DNA of 64,000 bases. Source: Gemmatimonadota bacterium. GTDB taxonomy: Bacteria > Gemmatimonadota > Gemmatimonadetes > Palauibacterales > Palauibacteraceae. Below the pieces are notes generated by a model, which was not told where the DNA came from, did not search any database, and saw only the letters and a list, made by a program, of their open reading frames with translations. The first letter of the stretch is position 1. Every line of letters begins with the position of its first letter. The stretch is taken from NCBI GenBank assembly GCA_965116475.1, contig OZ220691.1:1728001-1792000 (forward strand). Direction: 5' to 3'. This document shows positions 10,396 through 19,572 of the stretch, piece after piece. The position numbers and the translations under genes are program-made.

Positions 10396-11501
10396 CGCCG
10401 GGGCCAGACCCCGCTCATCTCTTCGCCTCTCCGAACCCACACCACTCCGAGACCCTCGCTCTCCTCCGACTCGAGCGCGACGACGAGGTCGTCCAGTTCG
10501 CGGATCGGACGCTCGCCCGCTCTCACGAGGAGATCTCCCGGCCGGAGCCCGAGGCGGTCGGTGACCGTCCCTCTCGCAACCCTGAGCACGAGCAGGCCGT
10601 CGAGGGCGGGGCGGTCGGAAAAGTCGCGCACGGGCTCGAACTCGGCCCCCGCGAACGTGCGGTGGAAGCGGACGGCGAGTTCGGTTTCCGTCAATGCCAG
10701 TTGAGCGATGCGAATCGCGCGGCGCCGAAACTCCATCGGCGAGAGGCGGGCCCGTACCGCTCCGACACGTTCGAGCGCGACGGCGAAGTTTCGATAGGCC
10801 GATTCCGACTCCCGCTGCAGGTCGCTCAGCACTTCCCGGCGGACCGCCGGCAACTCCGAGGCGGGGCGGTCCCGCACCGGCAGAATGTTGAGCCGGCCGT
10901 CGACGACGCGCACGGCGGAGGGCTCCACGGCCACGCCGATGTCCTCCGTATCGCGGACGGTGAGAGCGAATCCGGGGCGGTCGCCATCCGCCGGATCCGT
11001 CAGCCAGAGCACGAACATGTTCCGCTGCGGGTCCCCGGCGGTCGCCACCACCGTCCGGCGGCCCACCATCGGAAGGTCGTCCGCATCCGCCGGCCGGACG
11101 TCCGGAATCACTTCAAAGGCCTGGCGCAGTCCGTCTCGAGTCACTTCCAGCCGAACGGGAACGCTCGGGCGGATGGACGCGAGCCTGTCCGGCAGGTTCG
11201 CGAGCGTGAGTTCCACGCCGTCCATCGCCGCGAGTCGGTCGCCGGCGCGGAGCCCCGCCCGCTCCGCCGGCCCCCCTTCCTGCATCTCGCGAATCCGGAG
11301 AATGAGCGTGCAGTTCTTCCAGTCTTCCGAAGTCTCCCAGCCGCAGTTGTAGCGTTCGTCGATCCGCACCCCGATCCAGCCGGCGGATTCCGCCGTCCCG
11401 GCCTCCTGCGCGGCGCCGGCGAGGACGGCGAACGGCAGGGCGGCCAGAGCCAGGGCCGAGGCAAGCAGCGCGCGCGGAGACCGCGGGAGGGGCCGGGTCA
11501 C
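10392..11501 (-). CDS. Secreted protein with two PDZ domains
   Basis: Signal peptide, GWIGV, GGPAERAGLRAGD and LGLRPGDLL PDZ signatures; no protease domain recognised. Confidence 0.8.
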   Translation of the reverse strand: MTRPLPRSPRALLASALALAALPFAVLAGAAQEAGTAESAGWIGVRIDERYNCGWETSEDWKNCTLILRIREMQEGGPAERAGLRAGDRLAAMDGVELTLANLPDRLASIRPSVPVRLEVTRDGLRQAFEVIPDVRPADADDLPMVGRRTVVATAGDPQRNMFVLWLTDPADGDRPGFALTVRDTEDIGVAVEPSAVRVVDGRLNILPVRDRPASELPAVRREVLSDLQRESESAYRNFAVALERVGAVRARLSPMEFRRRAIRIAQLALTETELAVRFHRTFAGAEFEPVRDFSDRPALDGLLVLRVARGTVTDRLGLRPGDLLVRAGERPIRELDDLVVALESEESEGLGVVWVRRGEEMSGVWPRR

Positions 11502-12184
11502 CAGGTTCGCGTCCCGTTCGCGCGGCCGAGATCCTCCGCGAGCCGATCGCGCATCTCCACGAGTTCCAGCAGATAGGCGCTGGCGAAGGGATCGTCGGGA
11601 TAGGTCTCGAGGCGGTCGCGCAGGGCGCGGATCGACCCTTCGAGCCTCGCCAGCCTCTGCGCCATCTCCAGGGGATCTTCCCCCCTCAGCCCTTCCGAAG
11701 CGGGACCCGTCCCACCCTCTCCGACCTGTCGGAGCGGCGACCGCAGCGACTCCATCCGGCTGAGCCCGTCCACGAGGGCGCGACCGTCATCGGTGGAGAC
11801 GACGGCCGGGAGATCCGCGGCCGGCGGGTTCGCGGACCGGCCGCCCGTGAACTGCAGGCCGGCGATCACGCCGCCGGCGAACAACGTGAGGGCGGCGGCG
11901 GCCTGGAGCGGTCCCCGGACGAAGAGACGGCCGACGAGGCCTCCTCCGACCCGGCGGACGCCGGCACGCGTCGCGCCGGCATCGAGCGCGGCTTCGATAG
12001 CGGCCCACTGTCCCGCGGGCGCCTTCTCATCCGGAAGCGCGGACAGCGCCATGCGCATCCGGCTCAACCGCTCGAACTCCGCCTGGCACTCGCCGCATGT
12101 CGCGAGGTGGGCCCGGCAGTCCCCGTCCGCCCACGGCTCGTCGAGCAGTGCCGAGATTCGCTCGGCATCCATGTGGTTCGCCAT
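11498..12184 (-). CDS. Zinc-finger (ZAS, zf-HC2) transmembrane anti-sigma factor
   Basis: HLATCGEC (HxxxCxxC), one TM helix, directly downstream of the ECF sigma. Confidence 0.85.
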   Translation of the reverse strand: MANHMDAERISALLDEPWADGDCRAHLATCGECQAEFERLSRMRMALSALPDEKAPAGQWAAIEAALDAGATRAGVRRVGGGLVGRLFVRGPLQAAAALTLFAGGVIAGLQFTGGRSANPPAADLPAVVSTDDGRALVDGLSRMESLRSPLRQVGEGGTGPASEGLRGEDPLEMAQRLARLEGSIRALRDRLETYPDDPFASAYLLELVEMRDRLAEDLGRANGTRTW

Positions 12185-12198
12185 CTCTTCTATCCCTC

Positions 12199-12756
12199 TC
12201 AGAGGCCCGCTTCGCCACGCGCACCGCCGTTCCCGGAATCTTCCGGAGCGATGAGCTTCCGCATGCGCGCCCGCGCCTTGTGCAACTGCGATTTCGACGT
12301 GCCGGGCGCACACCCCAGCTCCTCGGCGATGTCGTTGTGCGTCCAGCCCTCCACGTCGTGCAGCACGAGGACTCTCCGGTACCCCGGCGGCAACTGGTCC
12401 AGCGCCTGGGTCAGGACCCGCCGCGTAACGATCACGTCGTCGTGCGCCCGCGCCACGCGCGGGAGCTCCGCGGCGGACTCCACCGGCCGCCGCTTCGACG
12501 ACCGGCGCAGCCGGTTGAGCGCCACGTTCGTCGCCAGCCGGTAGAGCCACGTGCCGAAGGCCGCATCGCCGCGAAAGAGGTGGAGCTTCTCGAACGCACG
12601 GATCCACGCTTCCTGGGAGAGGTCCTCCGCGAGGTGATCGTCGCCCACGAGGCGGCGAATCACGGTGTAGACGCGCCGCGCATGGAGTTCGTACAACTCT
12701 CCCATCGCGGATCGCTCTCCCGCCTTCGCGCAGGCGATCAGGTCGCGTTCTTCCAC
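12199..12756 (-). CDS. ECF sigma-70 family RNA polymerase sigma factor
   Basis: AEDLSQEAW, FRGDAAFGTWLYRL, LPPGYR..LHDVEG...EIA..LG...GTSKSQLHKAR pattern. GTG start is approximate. Confidence 0.92.
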   Translation of the reverse strand: MEERDLIACAKAGERSAMGELYELHARRVYTVIRRLVGDDHLAEDLSQEAWIRAFEKLHLFRGDAAFGTWLYRLATNVALNRLRRSSKRRPVESAAELPRVARAHDDVIVTRRVLTQALDQLPPGYRRVLVLHDVEGWTHNDIAEELGCAPGTSKSQLHKARARMRKLIAPEDSGNGGARGEAGL

Positions 12757-12805
12757 GTCATCCCTCTGCAGGTCACCTTCCGGATCCACCGCTTTGATGC
12801 GCGGT

Positions 12806-13693
12806 TCAGGCGGCGGGTTGCCCGCCCTCGGGTGCTCCGGCGTCCCCGGCCCGGGATTCGGTCGCCCGCAGTACGGCGCAGACCAGCAGCCCGAGCAGGA
12901 TGCCCGCGAGGGCGTCGGCCGCATAGTGGAAGCGACCGTACACCGTCCCCGCCGTCAACGCGAGTTCCGGGACGATGAGGAGCCAGAACCAGCGTCGATC
13001 CTCGCGTCCGGCGGCTACGACCGCGGCCAGGGAGGCGGCGATGTGGGAACTGGGGAAAGCCGTGCCCTTCGACGATCCGGCCTCCAGGATCCCGTGCACG
13101 ATCCCGAACAGCGTCCCCTCGCCGATCGCGCCGCCGATCTGCGCGAACTCGTAGCGGGGGCCCGCGACCGGGAAGAACATGAAGATGAGATAGGAGACGA
13201 AGAAGGCGGCGGCCACGGCGAGGGCGGTGCGCTGCAGGGCCTCGACCCCCCGCGTCGCGAACACGCCCAGGATGGCGGCGGGGATGACGGCGTAGTAGGC
13301 GAAGTAGCCCAGGTGCAACACCTCGGAGAAGGGGAGCCAGGGGAGCGACGCGCTGAGGCCGATGCTCGGCTGTCCGCCGAACATGGCGGCATCCCACGCC
13401 TGCACCGTGGCGTCGAAGTACCGCTGCGTGAGAAAGCGGTTGAGGACCGCGAGTTCCGCATAGAGGAGGGGCGTGAGGAGCACGGCGTACGCCGCCCTCG
13501 CGATCGCGGCGAGGCCGGCGCGGGGGTGCCAGGCCGCAAGTCGCGTGATCCCGAACACGGCGATCGCGTGGGCCGCGGCGATGCCCGCGCCGGGCAGGCC
13601 GCCGAACGCCAGCGAAACGAGGCCCGTGCAACCGAAGTAGCCGATGGCGACGCGATCGACGGGCAGGAGCCCTCCGCTGCGGCCCACGCTCAC
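12806..13693 (-). CDS. PAP2-superfamily integral membrane protein, AUR1/IPC-synthase-like (PAP2_3)
   Basis: Multiple TMs, PVAGPRY, AFPSSH and RFHYAAD motifs; GTGA overlap with the upstream stop. Confidence 0.8.
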   Translation of the reverse strand: MSVGRSGGLLPVDRVAIGYFGCTGLVSLAFGGLPGAGIAAAHAIAVFGITRLAAWHPRAGLAAIARAAYAVLLTPLLYAELAVLNRFLTQRYFDATVQAWDAAMFGGQPSIGLSASLPWLPFSEVLHLGYFAYYAVIPAAILGVFATRGVEALQRTALAVAAAFFVSYLIFMFFPVAGPRYEFAQIGGAIGEGTLFGIVHGILEAGSSKGTAFPSSHIAASLAAVVAAGREDRRWFWLLIVPELALTAGTVYGRFHYAADALAGILLGLLVCAVLRATESRAGDAGAPEGGQPAA

Positions 13694-14643
13694 AGCCAGC
13701 CCATGCGGCGATACCAGTCGGCGGTGCGCGCGAGCCCTTCTTCGATACCGACGCGCGGGCGCCAGGGGTCGAGATGCTTGCGGCTCGACTCGATGTCGCA
13801 CGTCCACGCGTATGCGGACAGATCCCGCGCGCGCCTCCGGTCGAAGGCCGGAGCGTTGCCCGTCAGGCGGCCCGCGAGTTCCGACAGCGCCCCGGCGGCG
13901 AGGAAGAGCGCGGACGGCACCCGCAGAACCCGGCCGGGGCGGCCCACGGCGGCCATCAGCCCGCGCGCCACCGCCGGCCAGGTACGGCGTTCCGCGCCGG
14001 CGACGGGAAGCGGGCGCGGCGCCGGCGGCGCCTCGAGGGCGGCGAGGACGGCCGAGACGACATCGGCGACGTACACCGGCTGCAGGGGCGCGTCGTTGCG
14101 CGGAATCGCGGTCCACCCTCGCGCCGCCAGCCGGAAGAGCGGCAGCAGGTCGGAGTCCCGCGGGCCGTAGACGCCGCCCGGCCTGAGCACGGCGATCTCC
14201 ATCGGCCCGCGGACGGAGGCGAGCGCCGCCTCGGCCCTGGCCTTCGAGCGACCGTACGGGCTCACGGGTCCGGCCGCGCCGTCGGGTCCGCGGGCCGCGA
14301 GGCTGCTGATGAAGACGAACCGTCGCACCCCCGCCTTCGCCGCCGCCCGTGCGAGCCTCCGCGTGCCGGCGGCGTTCACGGCCATGAACTCCGACTCGCT
14401 GCGCGCCCGCGTGAGCGCGCCGCAGTGCACGATGGCGGCGCAGCCCTCGAGTGCCGCGGCCGCTTCTCTCCTGTCCTCCAGCCCGAGGTCGAGTTCGATC
14501 TTCCTCAACTCGAGGCGGTCGAGACGACGCGTGTCGCTCGTTCGCCGCACGCTCGCGGTGACCCGATGTCCGGCCGCGACGAGGGCCTCGGCGAGATGGC
14601 CGCCGAGGAAACCGCTTCCCCCCGTGAGAAGGACCGATGCCAC
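13690..14643 (-). CDS. Extended SDR / NAD-dependent epimerase family, probable ceramide (3-keto) reductase CerR-like
   Basis: TGGSGFLG, ISSLAA, YGRSK (YxxxK); TAGTG overlap with the upstream stop; operon context. Confidence 0.8.
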   Translation of the reverse strand: MASVLLTGGSGFLGGHLAEALVAAGHRVTASVRRTSDTRRLDRLELRKIELDLGLEDRREAAAALEGCAAIVHCGALTRARSESEFMAVNAAGTRRLARAAAKAGVRRFVFISSLAARGPDGAAGPVSPYGRSKARAEAALASVRGPMEIAVLRPGGVYGPRDSDLLPLFRLAARGWTAIPRNDAPLQPVYVADVVSAVLAALEAPPAPRPLPVAGAERRTWPAVARGLMAAVGRPGRVLRVPSALFLAAGALSELAGRLTGNAPAFDRRRARDLSAYAWTCDIESSRKHLDPWRPRVGIEEGLARTADWYRRMGWL

Positions 14644-15773
14644 TAAAGGGCCGCTTCGTACAGCCGGTAGGTCCGGTAGACCCTGCCGCCGAGACGCTCG
14701 ATGGCCTGGTTCATCTTCTGGTTGTCCTCGAGAATCCAGGACTGCTCGGCCGACGTCATCCCGGCGGCGATCCCCTTCCTGAACAGCCAGAGGTAGAGGA
14801 GGACATCGACGGCCTTGCCGCGCCATTCCTCGGCAAGCCCCAGGATGATCACGCGCATGCAGGTGATTCTTCGCCGGTAGATGAGCGCCTTGAGAATCCC
14901 GAACGGAAACAGCCGCCCGTTCATGCGGCGCAGCACCTGGTTGAAGTCCGGGAGAGCGAGGGCGAAGCCGGCGGTCTCGCCCTCCGGCGTCTCGGCGAAG
15001 AGGGCAAGTTCGGGGTCCAGGATGGGCTTGAGTTCGGCCGCCATGTGATCCATCTCGGCCTCGGTCATGGGGACGAAACCCCAGTTCTTCTCCCAGGCCG
15101 CGTTGTACAGGCGCTGGACGCGGCCGAGTTCTTCGTCGAATCGCGCCATGTCGAGCGTCTTGATCCGGATGCCGTACCTGCGGGTCACCACCTTTTCGGC
15201 GCGGAAGAGGTGCGGCGGCCAGTCGCCCTTCTTCATGAGCCAGGCGAAGAGATCCTTGGCCTTCCGCAGCCCCGCAGCCTCCATCAGCGCGGGATAGTAC
15301 GGCGGGTTGTAGGCCATGAGGACGACCGGCGGCCCGGGATCTCCGTCTATAAGCAGGCCGCAGGTCTCGTTGGTCGAGAAGCTGGCGGGACCCCGCATCG
15401 CGGTGAGTCCGCGTTCCCGGAGCCAGGCCCGCACCGCGTCGAGCAGCGCCCCGGCCACCTCCCGGTCGTCAACGCACTCGAACCAGCCGAAGAACCCCAC
15501 GGATTCGTCGTGCGTCCGCTCGTGATTCCGGTTCCGGATCGCGCAGATCCGGCCCACGGCCCGGCCATCGCGCAGCGCGAGGTAGGGCTGGACCTCGGAG
15601 TGCAGGTGAAACGGGTGTTTCGCCGGATCGAACGCCGCCCGGACATCTCGCTTCAGCGGGGGCACCCAGTCGGGATCGCCCCGATAGATGGACCACGGCA
15701 GGTCGATGAAGCGCTTCAGATCGGCGCGGCTCTCGACGGGGACGACGCGCACGGAGGAGGCGAGACTCGTCAT
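14643..15773 (-). CDS. Tandem GNAT-fold acyltransferase, probable bacterial ceramide synthase (bCerS/YghO-like)
   Basis: FIDLPW.IY..DP.WVPPL, GFFGWFEC, YNPPYY, YNAAWEKNWGFVP, SWILEDN motifs; adjacent to the SPT. Confidence 0.8.
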   Translation of the reverse strand: MTSLASSVRVVPVESRADLKRFIDLPWSIYRGDPDWVPPLKRDVRAAFDPAKHPFHLHSEVQPYLALRDGRAVGRICAIRNRNHERTHDESVGFFGWFECVDDREVAGALLDAVRAWLRERGLTAMRGPASFSTNETCGLLIDGDPGPPVVLMAYNPPYYPALMEAAGLRKAKDLFAWLMKKGDWPPHLFRAEKVVTRRYGIRIKTLDMARFDEELGRVQRLYNAAWEKNWGFVPMTEAEMDHMAAELKPILDPELALFAETPEGETAGFALALPDFNQVLRRMNGRLFPFGILKALIYRRRITCMRVIILGLAEEWRGKAVDVLLYLWLFRKGIAAGMTSAEQSWILEDNQKMNQAIERLGGRVYRTYRLYEAAL

Positions 15774-15789
15774 GGTGGAAGGCGCCGGT

Positions 15790-16992
15790 TCAGACGACGC
15801 CGAGCTTCTTCCCCACGCGCTCCACCTGCTCGAGCACGAAATCGAGGTCGTCGTCCGAGTGCGTGGCCATGTAGCTGGTCCGCAGGCGGCAACTCCCCTC
15901 GGGAACCGCGGGGGGGACGACCGGGTTGGTGAACACGCCCGCTTCGAACAGGGCGCGCCAGAACACGAAGGTCTTCTCCATGGGCCCGATGAGAATGGGG
16001 ACGATCGGGGTCTCGGTCGGCCCGATGTCGAACCCGATCGACTTGAAGCCCTCCATCATCCTGTACGTGTTCTTCCAGAGCTGCTCGCGGCGCTCCGGCT
16101 CATCGCGGATGATCTCCAGCGCCTTCAGCACGGTGGCGGCGGAGGCGGGAGGCATGCTCGCGCTGAACATGAGGGCGCGGGCGTTGTGCTGGAGGTAGTC
16201 GATGACGTCGGCGCGGCCCGCCACGAAGCCACCGATCGAGGCGAAGGACTTGGAGAACGTGCCGAGGATCAGGTCCACCTCATCGGTGAGCCCCCAGTGC
16301 TCGGCGGTCCCGGCCCCGGTCTCGCCCAGAACGCCCACCGCGTGCGCGTCATCCACGAGGATGGCGGCGTCGTACTCTCGCCTCAGTTCGACCAGGGTGG
16401 GCAGATCGGCGATGTCGCCTTCCATGCTGTACACGCCGTCCACCGCGATGAGCTTTCCGCGCGAGGGCGCCTCCGCCTCGAGCATGCGGCGCAGCGTCGC
16501 GAAGTCGTTGTGGTTGAAGCGGCGCGTGCGGCCGAGCCCCAGGCGTACACCGTCCTGGAGGCTGGCGTGGTCCAGCTTGTCGATGTAGACCGTGTCCGCG
16601 CGACCGATCAACGCGCCGAGCGTGCCCAGATTCGTCTGGTAGCCCGTCGAGAATACGAGCGCGGCCTCCATGCCGGTGAAGTCGGCGAGTTCGTCCTCGA
16701 GTTGCTCGTGAAGATCGAGGTTGCCGTTGAGGAAGCGGCTGCCCGTATTGCCGCTGCCGAACTTGTTGAGGGCGTCGCGGGCCGCCTCGAGGACGCGCGG
16801 ATCGTGGGTGAGTCCCATGTAATTGTTGGAGCCCACCATGATCTTGCGGGCGCCGTCGATGACGACCCACGTGTCGTGAGAGGCCTCGATCGGCATGAAG
16901 TACGGATAGAGACCGGCCTCGCGGAGGTTGTGCACGGTCGCTAGTTCACGACACTTGGCAAGGATCGAAGGCGGCTGGACGCGGCTTTTCAT
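15790..16992 (-). CDS. spt: PLP-dependent alpha-oxoamine synthase, probable serine palmitoyltransferase
   Basis: LYPYF, GSNNYMG, GSRFLNG, DHASL, DDAH and GTFSKS (SPT-type PLP-lysine motif); operon context. Start is 16992 or 17037. Confidence 0.8.
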   Translation of the reverse strand: MKSRVQPPSILAKCRELATVHNLREAGLYPYFMPIEASHDTWVVIDGARKIMVGSNNYMGLTHDPRVLEAARDALNKFGSGNTGSRFLNGNLDLHEQLEDELADFTGMEAALVFSTGYQTNLGTLGALIGRADTVYIDKLDHASLQDGVRLGLGRTRRFNHNDFATLRRMLEAEAPSRGKLIAVDGVYSMEGDIADLPTLVELRREYDAAILVDDAHAVGVLGETGAGTAEHWGLTDEVDLILGTFSKSFASIGGFVAGRADVIDYLQHNARALMFSASMPPASAATVLKALEIIRDEPERREQLWKNTYRMMEGFKSIGFDIGPTETPIVPILIGPMEKTFVFWRALFEAGVFTNPVVPPAVPEGSCRLRTSYMATHSDDDLDFVLEQVERVGKKLGVV

Positions 16993-17129
16993 TGAGCCCG
17001 ACCGGGTCACCGCAGCTTGGGATGTAGGATTCTGCACGAAGCGAAGCTAAGCGCGAATCGGGACGCCCGGCAAGGAAAAACGGCCGTCCCGGCCCGTTGA
17101 ATCGATCACCCTCCACGGGGAGCAGGAAC

Positions 17130-18602
17130 GTGGTTCGAAACCGGACGTTCGACATCGTAGCCATCGGCGGGGGTACGGCGGGTCTTGTGACGGCGGCCGG
17201 AAGCGCGGGGCTGGGCGCAAGCGTGGCCCTGGTCGAGCGCGACCGCCTTGGCGGCGACTGCCTGTGGACGGGATGCGTACCGTCCAAGGCCCTCATCGGC
17301 TCGGCCCGCGTGGCCCGGCACGTTCGCGACGCGACCTCGTTCGGACTCGGGGTCCCGCGGCAGGAGATCGAAGCGGACGGCGTGCTGTCGAGCGTCCGCG
17401 AGGTCCGCGCGCAGATCGAGCCGCACGACGATCCGGAGCGTTTTCGCGCCATGGGCGTCGATGTCGTCGAGGGAGAGGCGCGCTTCGTGTCGCCGCACGA
17501 AGTCGAGGTGGACGGCCGGCGCCTCCGCGCGCGGCGCTTCGTGATCGCCACCGGCTCGAGAGCCGCGGTGCCCCCCATCCCAGGGCTCGAGGAGGCGGGT
17601 TATTTCACGCACGCCGAGGCGTTCGACCGTGACACGATCCCCGCCTCGCTCGCGGTGGTGGGCGGCGGGCCGATCGGCGTCGAACTCGCCCAGGCGTATC
17701 GCCGTCTCGGGACCGAGGTCACGGTCGTCGAACTGCTCGACCGGCTCATGGTGCGCGAGGAACCCGAACTCGCGGACCTGCTGACGAGCAGGCTGCGCGA
17801 CGAGGGTATCCGTATCCGCACGGGCCGAGTCGTGACGCGGGTCGACCGCGCCGGGAACCGCCGGCGGGTGACGATCGCGCCTCCCGCCGCCGCGGAGGGG
17901 GGGACGAGCGGGGAGGAGGGGAGCGAGACGTTCGAAGTCGACGAGGTTCTCGTCGCCGCGGGGCGGGCGCCCAACACGGAGGGTCTGGGACTGGACGCCG
18001 CCGGGGTCGAGACCGCCGGGGGCTGGGTCACCGTCGACGCCAGGCTCCGCACTTCCCGCAAGCACATCTTCGCGGCGGGCGACGTGACCGGCGGGTTCCT
18101 GTTCACGCACGTCGCCGACCACGAAGCGCGCACCGTGGTCCAGAACGCGCTCTTTCCCGTGCGCGCCAACATCGACTATCGCGTGATCCCCTGGTGCACC
18201 TATACCGACCCCGAACTCGCGCACGTCGGCCTCACCGAAGCCGAGGCGCGAGATCGGCACGGGGCCTCGGTGTCCGCCCACGTCTACGACATTGGGAATC
18301 TCGACCGCGCGATCGCCGAACGCGCCGCCATGGGCCGGGTGAAGATCGTCGTCGGCAAGGGGGGCCGGATTCTCGGCGGACACATCCTGGCGCCCGACGC
18401 GGGGACGATGATCGCGGAGATCTCGCTCGCCATGAAGGCCGGGGTGAAGCTGGGGACGCTCGCGTCGCTGGTTCATCCGTATCCGACGATGAGCGAGGGC
18501 GTGAAGCGTACCGCCGACGCCTACCGCAGATCGACGCTGACGGGATGGAGGAAATCGGCCGTCGACCTCGCGCTCAGGATCGGGCGCGCGCTACCGCCCT
18601 GA
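17130..18602 (+). CDS. Pyridine nucleotide-disulfide oxidoreductase (MerA/Lpd-like family)
   Basis: GGGTAG, GGDCLWTGCVPSK redox disulfide, GGGPIG, HPYPT; lacks the MerA C-terminal CC. Confidence 0.85.
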   Translation: MVRNRTFDIVAIGGGTAGLVTAAGSAGLGASVALVERDRLGGDCLWTGCVPSKALIGSARVARHVRDATSFGLGVPRQEIEADGVLSSVREVRAQIEPHDDPERFRAMGVDVVEGEARFVSPHEVEVDGRRLRARRFVIATGSRAAVPPIPGLEEAGYFTHAEAFDRDTIPASLAVVGGGPIGVELAQAYRRLGTEVTVVELLDRLMVREEPELADLLTSRLRDEGIRIRTGRVVTRVDRAGNRRRVTIAPPAAAEGGTSGEEGSETFEVDEVLVAAGRAPNTEGLGLDAAGVETAGGWVTVDARLRTSRKHIFAAGDVTGGFLFTHVADHEARTVVQNALFPVRANIDYRVIPWCTYTDPELAHVGLTEAEARDRHGASVSAHVYDIGNLDRAIAERAAMGRVKIVVGKGGRILGGHILAPDAGTMIAEISLAMKAGVKLGTLASLVHPYPTMSEGVKRTADAYRRSTLTGWRKSAVDLALRIGRALPP

Positions 18603-18604
18603 AT

Positions 18605-18642
18605 ACACCTCTGCCGACACTTCAGCCGACACTTCAGCCGAC
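18605..18642. repeat. 12-bp tandem repeat (GCCGACACTTCA) at a convergent gene junction
   Basis: ACACCTCT-GCCGACACTTCA-GCCGACACTTCA-GCCGAC; duplicates the fdhD stop. Confidence 0.75.
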
Positions 18643-19470
18643 GCGGTGGCGCCCGGCGTAGATGTTGAAACCCGTCGGCTTCGCGAAGCCAATCAGCGTC
18701 ATCCCGAACTCGCCGGCCACATCGACGGCGAGGCTGGAGGGGGCGCCCACGGCCGCGACGATCGGGATGCCGGCGGCGAGCGCCTTCTGCATGATCTCGA
18801 AGGAGGCCCGGCCGCTCACGGCCAGCACCGCGTCGCCGAGCGGCAGATCTCCCTCGAGGAATCGGTCGCCGATCACCTTGTCGAGCGCGTTGTGGCGCCC
18901 GATGTCTTCGCGCAGGAGACGCAGTTCACCCGCCGTATCGAACAGGCCGGCCGCGTGCAGCCCGCCCGTCCGTTCGAACACCGGCTGCCGACTGCGGAGC
19001 GCTTCGGGGAGGGTGCGGACGATCTCGGCCGCGATGGTCGGGCCTTCCGCCGGCACGGGGGCACAGCCCCGAATCTCGATCGCCTCGAGGGAGGCTTTTC
19101 CGCAAACGCCGCAACTCGATGTCGTATAGAAGTTCCGGGTGAGTTCCGCCGGGTCGAAGCGCGCCGTGTCGCTCAGGTGCGCGGTGACGATGTTGTATTC
19201 CTGCGGTTCCACATCGACGCAGTACCGCAGGTCGGCGATGTCGGACCGCTGTCCCAGCAGCCCCTCCGAGAAGAGGAACCCGGCCGTGAGGTCGAAGTCA
19301 TCCCCCGGGGTGCGCATGGTCACGGCCACCTGGTGCTCGCCTCCATCGGCGGGCGCGATCCGGATCTCGAGCGGCTCTTCGACCGCGACGGCGTCGCGCC
19401 GCCTGCGGCTGGACGCTTCGGACACGCGATCGATGTCGACGCGGGCGGTGTTCCTCCGGGGCGTAATCAT
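18634..19470 (-). CDS. fdhD: Formate dehydrogenase accessory sulfurtransferase FdhD
   Basis: VEEPL, TMRTPG, SSCGVCG, TGGLHAA, EDIGRHNALDK, SGRASFE. Confidence 0.95.
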   Translation of the reverse strand: MITPRRNTARVDIDRVSEASSRRRRDAVAVEEPLEIRIAPADGGEHQVAVTMRTPGDDFDLTAGFLFSEGLLGQRSDIADLRYCVDVEPQEYNIVTAHLSDTARFDPAELTRNFYTTSSCGVCGKASLEAIEIRGCAPVPAEGPTIAAEIVRTLPEALRSRQPVFERTGGLHAAGLFDTAGELRLLREDIGRHNALDKVIGDRFLEGDLPLGDAVLAVSGRASFEIMQKALAAGIPIVAAVGAPSSLAVDVAGEFGMTLIGFAKPTGFNIYAGRHRVG

Positions 19471-19572
19471 GGGCCGAAGTTACGCCGCCTCCGGAAACGG
19501 GGGGAGACGCCGACGCCCCGCGCGGGTGGAAGTCGTTTGCCGGTATTCGTGTCTGCGGGTAACTATGACGGC

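Noticed and set aside
15790..16992. BioF or glycine C-acetyltransferase
   Set aside because: GTFSKS motif and bCerS/reductase neighbours favour SPT; no bio or tdh genes nearby. Not formally excluded without phylogeny.
17130..18602. Mercuric reductase MerA or the E3 lipoamide dehydrogenase
   Set aside because: No C-terminal Cys-Cys or mer genes, and HPYPT replaces the Lpd HAHPT motif.
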